Shown here piece by piece: positions 26,476 through 35,842 of a stretch of DNA of 64,000 bases. Source of the stretch: an uncultured Acidobacteriota bacterium. Lineage in GTDB: Bacteria; Acidobacteriota; Thermoanaerobaculia; Multivoradales; UBA5704. Position numbers and translations under genes: made by a program. The stretch is from contig CAVYRF010000002.1 of the NCBI GenBank assembly GCA_963770895.1, forward strand, positions 2,752,001-2,816,000, given 5' to 3'. Below the pieces are notes generated by a model. That model did no database searches, was not told where the DNA came from, and saw only the letters and a program-made list of their open reading frames with translations. Numbering within the stretch: the stretch's first letter is position 1; every line of letters begins with the position of its first letter.

Positions 26476-28112
26476 CAGTTCACCGACAGGATGACCTTGA
26501 TCTCGGTGCGGCGGTTGAGCTCCCTGCCCCCTTCGGTGGAGTTGGACGCCACCGGATTGGTCGAACCGCGACCGATGGTCTGGAAGCGGTTGGGGTCGAC
26601 GCCGGGGAAGTTCTTGACGACGTAGTTCTTGACCGCCAGCGCCCGCCTTTCGGACAGCGTCATGTTGGTCTTGGCGCTGCCAGTCGTGTCGGTATTGCCT
26701 TCGATGCGCAGGTAGGTGTTGCCGAACGAGGTCATCGTTTCGCCCAGCGAATCGAGCACGATGTAGGACCCTTCCATGATCTCGTCGGAACCCGGGGTGA
26801 AGTGGATCTGGATCTGCTTGTTGATGATCGCCCGGTCGTTGGCCGACGGCGCCTTGGCGGCGAGCGTCGGCTCTTCCACCTTTTCGCCGGGGAAGTCGGA
26901 GGCCAGCGCGGCCAGGAAGCGCGTGTCGGCCCAATCCTTGGCGTCGACGGAGCGGGTCACCAGGCCCTTTTTGCGCCAGATCACGAAGGCGGTGTTGAAC
27001 AGGGTTTCATAGTGAGAGTGGCCGCCCGCCAGGCCGTAGAACTGCGCGTTGTCGGCGTAGCCGGTCAGCTTGAGGCCGGACAGCATGCCCGACACCGTGT
27101 CGGAGTCCAGCTTGAGCGCCTTGCCGACCAGGGCATCGGCGGTCGTCGGATCTTTTTTGATCGCCTCGATGCCCAACAGCCAGCCGTGCACGAAGTCGCG
27201 GATGCTGTCGGGTGCGCTGTCGATCACGTCCTGCCGCGCCACCAGGGTGTCGGCGATGATGTGGGTGGCGGCGGTGGTCGAAACCAGTACGTGCGCCTCG
27301 CTGCCGCGCGACGCCACCGCCCCCGACAGGTCGGGCTCCCAGGTCACCGCGGCGTCCACCTGGCGGGCCTTGAACATCGCCGCCGCGGCCGGCGCGTCCT
27401 GGGTGAAGATGATGTTCTTTTCCACCTCGGCGCGCTCGTCGGGGGTGAGCCCGGACTGCGCCAGCAGGTAGAGCAGCAGGAAGTGCGACGGCGTGAACTG
27501 GGTGCAGGAGATCTTGTGCCCCTTGAGCTGTTCGATCGAATTGATCGAAGCGAGCGACACGATGCCGTCGCCGCCGCGCGACCAGTCCTGCATCACGATC
27601 GACTTGCCCTTCTGTCCCTGCTCGGCCAGGATCGAAGCTTCGCGCGCCCAGGTGTCCACGGTGTCCCACATGACGTCGATGTCGCCCTTGCGGAAGGCGG
27701 CCAGCTTGGTGGCCGGATCTTCCAGCAGCACGAACTTGACGTCCAGGCCGAAGCGGCGGCTGTAGCCCGATCCGGGATTGGGATCCATGCCGTTGTTGAG
27801 CACGATGCCCGGCGAGTGGCCGGCCCAGGTGTTGATTCCCACCACCAGCGGCCGCGTCAGCTTGCCGCCGCCGCTGAGCGCGGCGGGGGTGACGCCGGCG
27901 GCGCCGGTGTCACGCTTCGGGTCGGCCGGGGCGTCCTTGAGCGCCGCAAAGTCCTTGGACGAATCGGCGCTGCCTGCCGCGGCATCGGCCGGATTGCGTT
28001 CCGCGCCGGCCCAGCGGCGGATGGTGTTGCCCTCGTAATGCCATGCGGCGTATCCCAGCACGGCCAGGATCACCACGGCTATGAACAGCTTCGCGAACGG
28101 CGTAAGTCGCAT
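26475..28112 (-). CDS. NMT1/SsuA-like substrate-binding protein fused to an OmpA-like peptidoglycan-binding domain
   Basis: N-terminal TM anchor; DWSRGGDGIV, DAAVTWEP; C-terminal IEGNTD...NMTLSERRA...GRELNRRTE. Confidence 0.9.
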   Translation of the reverse strand: MRLTPFAKLFIAVVILAVLGYAAWHYEGNTIRRWAGAERNPADAAAGSADSSKDFAALKDAPADPKRDTGAAGVTPAALSGGGKLTRPLVVGINTWAGHSPGIVLNNGMDPNPGSGYSRRFGLDVKFVLLEDPATKLAAFRKGDIDVMWDTVDTWAREASILAEQGQKGKSIVMQDWSRGGDGIVSLASINSIEQLKGHKISCTQFTPSHFLLLYLLAQSGLTPDERAEVEKNIIFTQDAPAAAAMFKARQVDAAVTWEPDLSGAVASRGSEAHVLVSTTAATHIIADTLVARQDVIDSAPDSIRDFVHGWLLGIEAIKKDPTTADALVGKALKLDSDTVSGMLSGLKLTGYADNAQFYGLAGGHSHYETLFNTAFVIWRKKGLVTRSVDAKDWADTRFLAALASDFPGEKVEEPTLAAKAPSANDRAIINKQIQIHFTPGSDEIMEGSYIVLDSLGETMTSFGNTYLRIEGNTDTTGSAKTNMTLSERRALAVKNYVVKNFPGVDPNRFQTIGRGSTNPVASNSTEGGRELNRRTEIKVILSVN

Positions 28113-28151
28113 AAGGTCTCCTCGATCGTCGAGCGGCGCGGGGGGCCAGCC

Positions 28152-28865
28152 CTACATCGTCTTCTGGCCCTGCGCTGCCTGGGCGGCGGCGCGCTTGGCT
28201 TTCAGCTCCGCAAGCTGCTGCTTGGCCTGCACGTCGCCGGCCTGGGACTTGAGCTGAGCCAGGCGCGAGTCGAGCGACGACTCCGCCAGCTCGGTGCCCA
28301 GGTTGGCCTCGGCGATGATGTTTTTGATGTGATCCCGCACGTTGTCCAGCGCCTTGACTTCGGCATCGACGGACAGTCCGTCGAGCTGCGACTGGATGCG
28401 CATGCGCGCCTGCGCCGACTGCATGCGGGCGAGCATGGTGTCGCGCTCGGCCTTCAGCTTCTTGATGTCGGACTGCACCGACAGCAGCGACTGCTTGGCG
28501 GAGTCGGCGTCGTGCTGCGCCGTGGTCAGGTCGCCCTGCAGCTCGCTCAAGTCGCTTGTCAGCTGGTTTTTCTTTTGAATCAGGATGATCGCGAGATCGT
28601 CCTGGTTGTTCTCGACCGCGACGGCCAGCTCGGCCTCGGTCTGCGCCAGCTCCTGGGTCGTCTGCTTGGTCTTTTCGCCCAGGTCTTCGCGGCGCCGCAG
28701 GATCGCGGCGGTCGCGCTCTTGAGCTTGGAATACTTCTCGATCATCGAATTGATCGCGTTTTCGTAGGCGATCTCGGGATGATCCTTCTCAATATCGGAA
28801 ATCCACAGCGAGAGGAAACCGCGCCAAAGGTTTCCCACCCGTGCGAAGAAACCGCTGCCAGCCAT
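28152..28865 (-). CDS. PspA/IM30-family (bacterial ESCRT-III-like) protein
   Basis: N-terminal amphipathic [15 protein letters not shown]-x-x-P-E motif, long coiled coil, C-terminal QLAELKAK. Confidence 0.88.
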   Translation of the reverse strand: MAGSGFFARVGNLWRGFLSLWISDIEKDHPEIAYENAINSMIEKYSKLKSATAAILRRREDLGEKTKQTTQELAQTEAELAVAVENNQDDLAIILIQKKNQLTSDLSELQGDLTTAQHDADSAKQSLLSVQSDIKKLKAERDTMLARMQSAQARMRIQSQLDGLSVDAEVKALDNVRDHIKNIIAEANLGTELAESSLDSRLAQLKSQAGDVQAKQQLAELKAKRAAAQAAQGQKTM

Positions 28866-29554
28866 CAGGCGCTCCTTTCGGACGACTTGTCAGGCGTTGC
28901 CGGCGCCGCCTTGGCCGCCGCCGCCGGGGCATGCCCGAAGAATTCGAGCACGCGCGCCACCGCGAGCTTGCCGTCGGTGCAAGCCCGTTCCACTGCCTGC
29001 TGCTCCGCCACCCGTTGATCCATCACCTGCTTGATCCTCTGGATCTCCTGCTCGAACTGCGCGATCCGCTGCTGCGAATCGGCGAGCACCTTGCGCGTAT
29101 CGCCGGCGCCGGCCGCCACGTAGGCGTCCAAGGCACGGATCTCCTTGTCGCCGGCGCCGATGATGCGATCGACCGGCACGCCGAACGCCTTGAGCGACGC
29201 CTCGACGATCTGCCGCGCCGGGTCGCTGCCCGCCGGCAGAGCCTGCAGCAGCTCCGCCGCCTTGGTCACCTGCGCCTGTTCCTCCGCGTCGATCCCCGCC
29301 GCGGCATACACCGCGGCAAAGTCCACCTGCCCCCCCGGCGCCGCCGGCGGATCCGTCACGAACGCCGCGCTGCCGTCCGCCACTGCTGCCGATGTTGCCG
29401 GTGTGCCGTCCGTCGCTGTACTACTGTACGGAGCCGCGTCGCCGGAGTTGCCGGCCGTGCCGGCCCCGGCCGCATCGTCGGCAGCCGCAGGTTTGTCGTC
29501 GCGCTCCACGAACAGGCCCAGAACGCTGGAACCCCAACCCTTTTTGTCGCTCAT
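28865..29554 (-). CDS. Hypothetical protein, first gene of the psp-like operon
   Basis: Amphipathic N-terminus [12 protein letters not shown], disordered linker, helical domain and coiled coil ending VLEFF; TGATG coupling to pspA. Confidence 0.78.
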   Translation of the reverse strand: MSDKKGWGSSVLGLFVERDDKPAAADDAAGAGTAGNSGDAAPYSSTATDGTPATSAAVADGSAAFVTDPPAAPGGQVDFAAVYAAAGIDAEEQAQVTKAAELLQALPAGSDPARQIVEASLKAFGVPVDRIIGAGDKEIRALDAYVAAGAGDTRKVLADSQQRIAQFEQEIQRIKQVMDQRVAEQQAVERACTDGKLAVARVLEFFGHAPAAAAKAAPATPDKSSERSA

Positions 29555-29753
29555 GATGGTTTGGAACCTCGGGGAGCCCCTCAACAGGGCGTCCGGCGCC
29601 TGGCACCCGCCCCCCGCCAGCGTCAAGCTGACCCACGGGAGCCTTGGTGCCGGCGGTTGTCGAATACCTCCATCCTACCACGCCCGCCCGTACGGCAACC
29701 CCGGCGGCCGTCAGGCGCCAGGGTCGGGACCGGCGTACCCACCCGCGACACTG

Positions 29754-30017
29754 TCAGCGGTAAATCTCTCGCCGGTGTCCGATCCGCACCACCAGCACGG
29801 TGAGCTCGCGTTCCTGGACTTCGTACACGATGCGATAGCTGCCGACGCGGAGCCGGCGTAGCCCGGAGAACTCGCCTTTGAGCGCGCCACCGGCATGAGG
29901 CTGGTTCGAGAGGCGGTCGATTGCCGCCACGAGGCGTTCGCGCTCGGCGCGAGGCAGGGCTTGGAGTGACTTTGCCGCGCTGGCCTTAATCTTGACCGAG
30001 AAGCTCACGCCGGACAT
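29754..30017 (-). CDS. Type II TA toxin, RelE/ParE family (alternative GTG start at 30008)
   Basis: LKGEFSGLRRLRVGSYRIVYEV...VVRIGHRREIYR. Confidence 0.93.
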   Translation of the reverse strand: MSGVSFSVKIKASAAKSLQALPRAERERLVAAIDRLSNQPHAGGALKGEFSGLRRLRVGSYRIVYEVQERELTVLVVRIGHRREIYR

Positions 30018-30207
30018 CTTTCCAATCCAGGACTGGGTCGGCAGGGTCCTCCAGCCGCTCGAGGCCCAGCTTGAGGTCCTCCAAGTCGTCGAGGTAGTAC
30101 TCGATGGCCTGACGGATCAGGTCGGCGCGCGTACGGCGCAGCCGCTTGGCAGCGAGGTCCATTTCTTTGACCAGCGGTTCGGGAAGTCGGGCGGAGATTT
30201 GCGACAT
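29986..30207 (-). CDS. Ribbon-helix-helix antitoxin (RelB-like)
   Basis: QISARLPEPL...LAAKRLRRTRADLIRQAIEYYLDDLED; AGGAG RBS. Confidence 0.9.
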   Translation of the reverse strand: MSQISARLPEPLVKEMDLAAKRLRRTRADLIRQAIEYYLDDLEDLKLGLERLEDPADPVLDWKDVRRELLGQD

Positions 30208-30216
30208 GTTCACTCC

Positions 30217-30240
30217 TGACAGTCAGTGACTGTCATTGTA
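30217..30240 (-). promoter_or_regulatory. TA operator TGACAGTCA-G-TGACTGTCA (perfect 9-1-9 palindrome) abutting -10 TACAAT
   Basis: Palindrome at 30217-30235; TACAAT at 30240-30235. Confidence 0.85.
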
Positions 30241-30359
30241 CTGCACCTATAGAGCTGCGCCCAGAACCTTGAACGCAGCCCAGGTCCAGTCGCGGGGGCC
30301 GCTGGCAATTCGGCGATCTGGGCTTCGCACAATGCACTCGTCGCGGTCCGCGTGCGGTG

Positions 30360-31160
30360 TTACAGGCTGTGAATGGCGCGCAGGACTGTCGCGGCGTTTT
30401 GGGGGGAGCAGAAGGTGCAGGGCTTGGTGGAGTGGGCGGGGTAGATGAGGTAGTAGCCGTCGACGGCGCGGCCCAGCTTGCGGAGGGCGGCTTGCAGCTT
30501 GTCGGTTGGGGTGTAGCGGAGGGAGATCTGGGTGACGACGCGGAGGGTGGGGTTTTTGGCCTTGACGAAGGTGGTGACCCGGGTGACGTAGGCGGCGTAG
30601 TCGTCGACGGAGAGGTTGCAGGTGTCGGAGAGGATGCGCTGGGCTTGGATGCTGAGCAGGTCGACCTGGCGCCAGTCGACTTGCTGGTAGAGGCCGGCGG
30701 CGAAGTTCTGCTTGCAGTCCTTCATGCCCATGAATTCGCCGTCGGGGGCCAGGCCGAAGCGCTGGCAGCCGGCGGCGTGCACCAGGCGGGCGGCGGCGGC
30801 GATGCTTTCTCCTGGATGCTGCTGCTCGGCGTCGGGGGTGTCGGTCCAATGCTCGATGTCGTACATCACCAGGCCGGGGGAGTCGGGGCCGCAGCCCAGG
30901 TGCTTGCGGACTCCGGACAGGCTGCCGGGCAGGACGAACAGGTGGTCGCGGCCGATGCGCCGGCCCAGGCGCGGGTCGGCCTGGGCGATGCGGGCGCTGA
31001 TGTAGTCACCCTTTTGCAGGGTCTGCGCGAGCGCCGGGAAGACGCTGGGGTCGGTGCTGTTGGCGAACATGGCGAAGGGGCCGCCGCCGCCGCTTCCCAG
31101 GGCGAGCGTGGCGACCAGCAGGGCGAGCGCGGCAAGCAGGGTCGAGCGCAGCAGGGCCAT
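30360..31160 (-). CDS. Secreted hypothetical protein, possible (beta/alpha)-barrel
   Basis: GGAGG RBS, signal peptide, LVMYDIEHW, several Cys. Confidence 0.65.
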   Translation of the reverse strand: MALLRSTLLAALALLVATLALGSGGGGPFAMFANSTDPSVFPALAQTLQKGDYISARIAQADPRLGRRIGRDHLFVLPGSLSGVRKHLGCGPDSPGLVMYDIEHWTDTPDAEQQHPGESIAAAARLVHAAGCQRFGLAPDGEFMGMKDCKQNFAAGLYQQVDWRQVDLLSIQAQRILSDTCNLSVDDYAAYVTRVTTFVKAKNPTLRVVTQISLRYTPTDKLQAALRKLGRAVDGYYLIYPAHSTKPCTFCSPQNAATVLRAIHSL

Positions 31161-31278
31161 GGTCTGTCCTCCGGGCGAGTTCCCGCGTCTTTCCTGAGGA
31201 TATGCGATTTCATGCATGAGCGGCGCCGCGGGCTTGTCGGTTAGGATGGCGCCCACCCGCTCGTGAAAGGAGCCCAAC

Positions 31279-32019
31279 GTGCGCTTTGTCCCGTCAAGCC
31301 TTGCCTCCCGCCGGACGCCGCCGCTGCCTGGCCGGCGCGTTCTCGCCCTTCGTTTCAGCTTGGTTGCCCTGGCGGCGCTGGCGCTGCTGGCCGGCGGCGC
31401 CGCCGTGCGGGCGCCGCTCCACGCCGCCACGGCGGCGGCCGCGCAACAGCCGCCGCCGGTGCCGAGCGGGGCGCCGCCGGAGGCGCCGCGCAAGGACGCG
31501 CAGAACGCCTACGAGCCGCGGACGACGACCGGCGCCGGCCAGGCTTTTCTGGCGACGTTCGCGGGGGATTGGGACGTGGTCAAGACGTTCTACCCGCAGC
31601 ACGGCGATCCGGTGCGCACGACCGGCGAGTGCCATCAAAAGATGGTGCACGAGGGCCACTTCCTGGAATCCGAGTTCGTGTTCTTCGACAAGGATGGCGG
31701 CCAGACGACCGGCACCGGCATCTCGGGTTTCGATCCCAAGAGCGGCAGGTTCACCACCGTCTGGTACGACTCGCGCGGCACCACGATGTCGATGCGGCAG
31801 AGCGAAGGGACCTTCGACGGCAAGGAGATCCTGCTGTACAGCGCCTCGCTGGACGCGGCCAAGCCGGAGCGGCGCTCGATCACCCGCACCCACCTGGAAG
31901 ACAACGGCCGCATCCTGGTGCACCGCCACTACCTGATCCAGGCCGATGGCAAGGAGCGGCTGATGATGGAGCTGCTGCTGACGCGGAAGGGCACCGCCGC
32001 CGCCAAGCACGGCGGTTGA
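31279..32019 (+). CDS. DUF1579-like secreted beta-barrel protein
   Basis: FLATFAGDWDV...GHFLESEF...GISGFDPKSGRFTTVWYDSRGT. Confidence 0.75.
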   Translation: MRFVPSSLASRRTPPLPGRRVLALRFSLVALAALALLAGGAAVRAPLHAATAAAAQQPPPVPSGAPPEAPRKDAQNAYEPRTTTGAGQAFLATFAGDWDVVKTFYPQHGDPVRTTGECHQKMVHEGHFLESEFVFFDKDGGQTTGTGISGFDPKSGRFTTVWYDSRGTTMSMRQSEGTFDGKEILLYSASLDAAKPERRSITRTHLEDNGRILVHRHYLIQADGKERLMMELLLTRKGTAAAKHGG

Positions 32020-32113
32020 TAACCGAGACGGGCGCCGGGCGCCGGTACGGACGGGGAGCGGTGATCCCGGTGGCGGACGCGGGCCGGTTGCCCAGCGGTG
32101 GACGCGGCGCCGG

Positions 32114-34549
32114 TTACCCCGGCGGCGGCTGGGGGGCGGTGGCGAGCGCCGCCGGGACAGGCGCCGGAGCAGGCATCGGGGCGCGGTCCAGACGCGCCAG
32201 GGCGGCGGTGCCGGTGACCGCCATGACGGCGTAGCAGCCCAGGCCGGCCACCAGGTTGGCGTGGCTGCCCAGGCTGAGGCCGATGACGGCGGCGAGGGCG
32301 GAGCCGGCGATGGAGGCGGCGCCGTTGACCGCCCACATGCGCTGCACGGCCCACTCGCCGAGCGGCGCCACCAGCCGCACGCCGCAGGGGAACGGGAAGC
32401 CGAGCACGAAGCCGATGGCGAAGATGAGCGCGCCGGCGCCGACGGCGCGCGCCGTGGCCGAGGTGGTGGCGCCCAGGGCGGCCAGGACCAGCGGCCATGC
32501 CAGGTTGAGCACCGCGAGCGCCGCGACGATGGCGACCCAGGTGCGCCGCGTCGCCCGCGGTCCGGCGATGCGCCCCGACAGCGCGGCGCCGGCGCCGGTG
32601 CCCAGCAGCATGCTGAACAGCACCACCGACAGCACGTAGGTGGGATGGCCGAGCAGCAGGATCAGGCGCTGGTGCAGGCCCAGCTGGATCAGCAGGTAGC
32701 CCAGGCCGATGGCGGCAAAGTAGAGGACCATCCAACGATGGGCAGTGGCCGCCGGTGTGGGCAGCGGCGCGCGTCCGGGGGCGCCGGCGCCGGCGAAGAG
32801 GGCCACCGCCAGCATCATCAGCAGCGCGATGCCGGTCAGCAGGGTCATGACGCGGACGCTGTTGAAGGTGATCTCGGTGATCGAGCCGAACCGTTCGCCG
32901 AACAGGCCGGGCAGGTCGCGCGCCCGCATCTGCAGGAAGAAGTAGGGCCGGTCGTCCGACGGCGGCGAGATGTCGAAGGGGCTGGCTTCGACGGTCGCGG
33001 CGCGGCGGCGCGGGTCGAGCAGGCCGGCGAGCGCCGGGTCGGCGGGCAGCGCATCCGGCACCGCCAGGAGCTTGAGGTGGTCGGCCGCGGCGAGCGCGTG
33101 CGCCTGGGCGATCTCGGCGGGCGAGAAGGGGAGCTTGGACACCACGATGGTGCCCATGTTCATCGTCCGCGTGCGGGCCAGGCTCTCGCCGAACAGGATG
33201 ATGTGGGCGGCGGGATCGGCAATGCCGGCGTCGGACAGGGCGGCGCTGGCCAGGCCCACCAGCCGCTCGACTTCGGCCGGCGCGTCCGGCACGTACCAGC
33301 GGGTCATGGTGAGCAGGCCGCGGTCGGTCAGCGCGCCCAGGAAGGTGTGCCAGCCTTCCTGGGTGTACAGGCCGTTTTCGGAGAGCACGAAGCCGCCGCT
33401 GGCGGTCGCCGCCCAGGTGTCGATGAGCGAAGCCTGGATCAGGTCGTAGTGCGCGCCCGACCGGGCGATGCCGACGCGCGCCTCGCTGTGGATCAGGTGG
33501 ATCTCGGGGCGCGTGGCGATGGCGTTGAAGCTGGTCCAGTGGCGCCGCAACAGGTCGATGAGGATGTCGTTGATCTCGTAGCCGTCGATGCGCGAGGCGC
33601 CGTGCGCCAGGGGCGGCCCCAGGTCCTCGCCGCCGCCGACGCCGATGATCGCCACCCGGTCCACCGGGCGGCCCAGGCGGTAGGCCAGGTAGCGGCTGGA
33701 ATCGTCCCACTCCGCCGGGATGGCGAAGCGCCCGGCGAGCGCGCTGGCCGGCAGGCGCCGCATCGTGGTGGCGGCCGAGCGGTCGATGATCAGCACGCGC
33801 GAGGGTTCCTGCCCGATGGTGCCGGTCGGGTAGGCGACGATCCTGCTGTACTCGTTCCAGCGTTGGAAGGCCGGTTGCAGTGTCAGGGGCAGGGTGAGGA
33901 AGCGGCCGTTGGCCGCCACGCTGATCCAGATGCCGACGCCGCAGGCCAGCGCCATCGTCACCGCGACGATGCGCAGCCGGCGCGCCGTGGGCAGCGCCGC
34001 GGCGGCGAGCGCCGCGAGCAGCGCCGGGCAGAGCAGCACCGCCGGCCCCTGCACCTTGCGCAGCAGGGCGATCGCCGACAGGCACGCCAGCGCCGCCGCG
34101 GTCAGGTCGGCGGCGTACAGCTTGCCGATCCACTCCTGGCGATAGGCGAAGGCGGCGGCCAGAAAGGCCCCGGCGGCCACCAGGCCGGGCAGGAACACCA
34201 GCGCGTGCAGGGCGACGCCGGCCATGCTGAGCTTGTCGCCCGCGGGGGCGCCGTAGACGGTCTGGTGCAGGGCGACCAGCACGCAGCCGCAGAGCGCCAG
34301 CGCCAGCCACGCCAGGGCGTCGTACAGCCGCCCGAGCGGCAGGCCGCGCACGTTCCAGCGCGACACCAGCAGGCCGCCCAACGCCAGGCCGCTCATCACC
34401 AGCGACACGGCAAAAAACGAGAAGTGGTAGTAGAAGAGCACCGAGAACAGGCGGGTGGTCACCAGCTCGACCAGCAGCATGGCGGCGGCCACCATGGCGA
34501 CCGCCGCCTGCAAGGCTCGCGGTGACCTCGCGATGAGGGCGCTGGGCAT
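32114..34549 (-). CDS. Membrane protein with a central spermidine synthase-like SAM-binding domain
   Basis: TM bundles flanking VAIIGVGGGED...GYEIN...SEARV...YDLIQ...ENGLYT. Confidence 0.8.
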   Translation of the reverse strand: MPSALIARSPRALQAAVAMVAAAMLLVELVTTRLFSVLFYYHFSFFAVSLVMSGLALGGLLVSRWNVRGLPLGRLYDALAWLALALCGCVLVALHQTVYGAPAGDKLSMAGVALHALVFLPGLVAAGAFLAAAFAYRQEWIGKLYAADLTAAALACLSAIALLRKVQGPAVLLCPALLAALAAAALPTARRLRIVAVTMALACGVGIWISVAANGRFLTLPLTLQPAFQRWNEYSRIVAYPTGTIGQEPSRVLIIDRSAATTMRRLPASALAGRFAIPAEWDDSSRYLAYRLGRPVDRVAIIGVGGGEDLGPPLAHGASRIDGYEINDILIDLLRRHWTSFNAIATRPEIHLIHSEARVGIARSGAHYDLIQASLIDTWAATASGGFVLSENGLYTQEGWHTFLGALTDRGLLTMTRWYVPDAPAEVERLVGLASAALSDAGIADPAAHIILFGESLARTRTMNMGTIVVSKLPFSPAEIAQAHALAAADHLKLLAVPDALPADPALAGLLDPRRRAATVEASPFDISPPSDDRPYFFLQMRARDLPGLFGERFGSITEITFNSVRVMTLLTGIALLMMLAVALFAGAGAPGRAPLPTPAATAHRWMVLYFAAIGLGYLLIQLGLHQRLILLLGHPTYVLSVVLFSMLLGTGAGAALSGRIAGPRATRRTWVAIVAALAVLNLAWPLVLAALGATTSATARAVGAGALIFAIGFVLGFPFPCGVRLVAPLGEWAVQRMWAVNGAASIAGSALAAVIGLSLGSHANLVAGLGCYAVMAVTGTAALARLDRAPMPAPAPVPAALATAPQPPPG

Positions 34550-34723
34550 CGTGGGCTAGGTTGGAACGGGCTGTGCGGCGGCCGGCAGGATCAGCGGGCC
34601 GGACCGCAAACAGGCAGGATGCACATCGGCATGTTCGGCCCAATCTATGCCATCCGGCGCGGCCGATCAATGCCGGGACTCGCCTCGCGCCGGCGGCAGG
34701 CCGGCGGCCGGCCGGCTGGCGGG

Positions 34724-35842
34724 TCAATCGTCGGGGTGGAGCAGGCGGAAGCCGAACAGGGGGTGCGCGTTGCCGTCCAGCGTCCGGGTCAGCTGGTCCA
34801 TCATGTCGAGCCCCGCGGCGCCGTTGGTGAAGGCGACGAAGCCGTCGCCGGTCATGGGGTTGCCGAGCACGAAGGCGCGAAAGCCGTCGTTGACGCCCCA
34901 ATGGAAGAAGCAGCGGCTGCCCTGCCAGGTTTCGAGCGCCCAGCCCAGACCCCAGCCCAGGCCGAGCCGGGGGTCGACGGCGACGCGCTGCACCAGCATG
35001 CTGCCGGCGGCGGCGGGCGGCAGCAGCGCGGCATGGGCGGCGGGGTCGAGCATGGCGGCCAGAAAGCGGCCGTAGTCGGCGGCGGTCGCGTGCAGCGACG
35101 ACGCGGCGCTCGCCTGGCCCGGCCGGTCCTTGGGCAGCGGCCGGCCCTGGCGGTCGTGCGGCGCGGCGGCCGCCGTCTCGTAGGCGGCGCGCCAGACGTA
35201 GCTGCTGGCGGTCATGCCGAGCGGGTCGAGCGCCGCCTGGCGCATCAGCTGGTCCAGCGGCAGGCCGGTCTGCCGCTCCACGACGTGCTGCAGGTAGTTG
35301 TAGCCGGCGCCGGAATACTGCCACCGCGAGCCGGGCTCGAACTCCGTCGCCAGCGGCTTGCCGCCGGCCGGCCAGTTGGGCAGCCCGGTCGTATGGTCGA
35401 GCACCTGCAGCGCGGTGATGCGGGCGGCGCGCGGATCGCCGGGCAGGTACGGTGTGGCCAGGTAGCTGTCGAGCGGCTTGTCGAGCGCCAGCCGGCCGGC
35501 CACCACCTGGCGCAGGACCGCCCAGGCGAACAGCGGTTTCGACAGCGAGGCGGCCTCGAACACCGTGTCCGCGGCGACCGGCCGCGGGCTGCCGGCGCGC
35601 TGCACGCCGAAGCCCTCGACCCATGCCAGGCGCCGCCCCCGCACCAGCGCCACCGCCAGACCCGGCACGTGGTAGCGCCGCAGCAGCTCGGGGGCGATCC
35701 GTCGCAGCTCCGCGCGCGGATCGGCGGGCGCGCGCACCGGCGCTGGCGCCGCCGCGGCGGGTGTGCCAGTTGGAGCAGGCACCGGCGCCGGCGCGCCGGC
35801 GAGCGCGTGGAGGACGGCGAGCGCGAGCGCCGCGGCGCTCAA
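34724..35842 (-). CDS. Serine hydrolase, beta-lactamase/class C-like (secreted)
   Basis: FEAASLSK (SxxK), LDHTTG, WQYSG, FHWG; TTG start overlaps the dapD stop. Confidence 0.88.
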   Translation of the reverse strand: MSAAALALAVLHALAGAPAPVPAPTGTPAAAAPAPVRAPADPRAELRRIAPELLRRYHVPGLAVALVRGRRLAWVEGFGVQRAGSPRPVAADTVFEAASLSKPLFAWAVLRQVVAGRLALDKPLDSYLATPYLPGDPRAARITALQVLDHTTGLPNWPAGGKPLATEFEPGSRWQYSGAGYNYLQHVVERQTGLPLDQLMRQAALDPLGMTASSYVWRAAYETAAAAPHDRQGRPLPKDRPGQASAASSLHATAADYGRFLAAMLDPAAHAALLPPAAAGSMLVQRVAVDPRLGLGWGLGWALETWQGSRCFFHWGVNDGFRAFVLGNPMTGDGFVAFTNGAAGLDMMDQLTRTLDGNAHPLFGFRLLHPDD

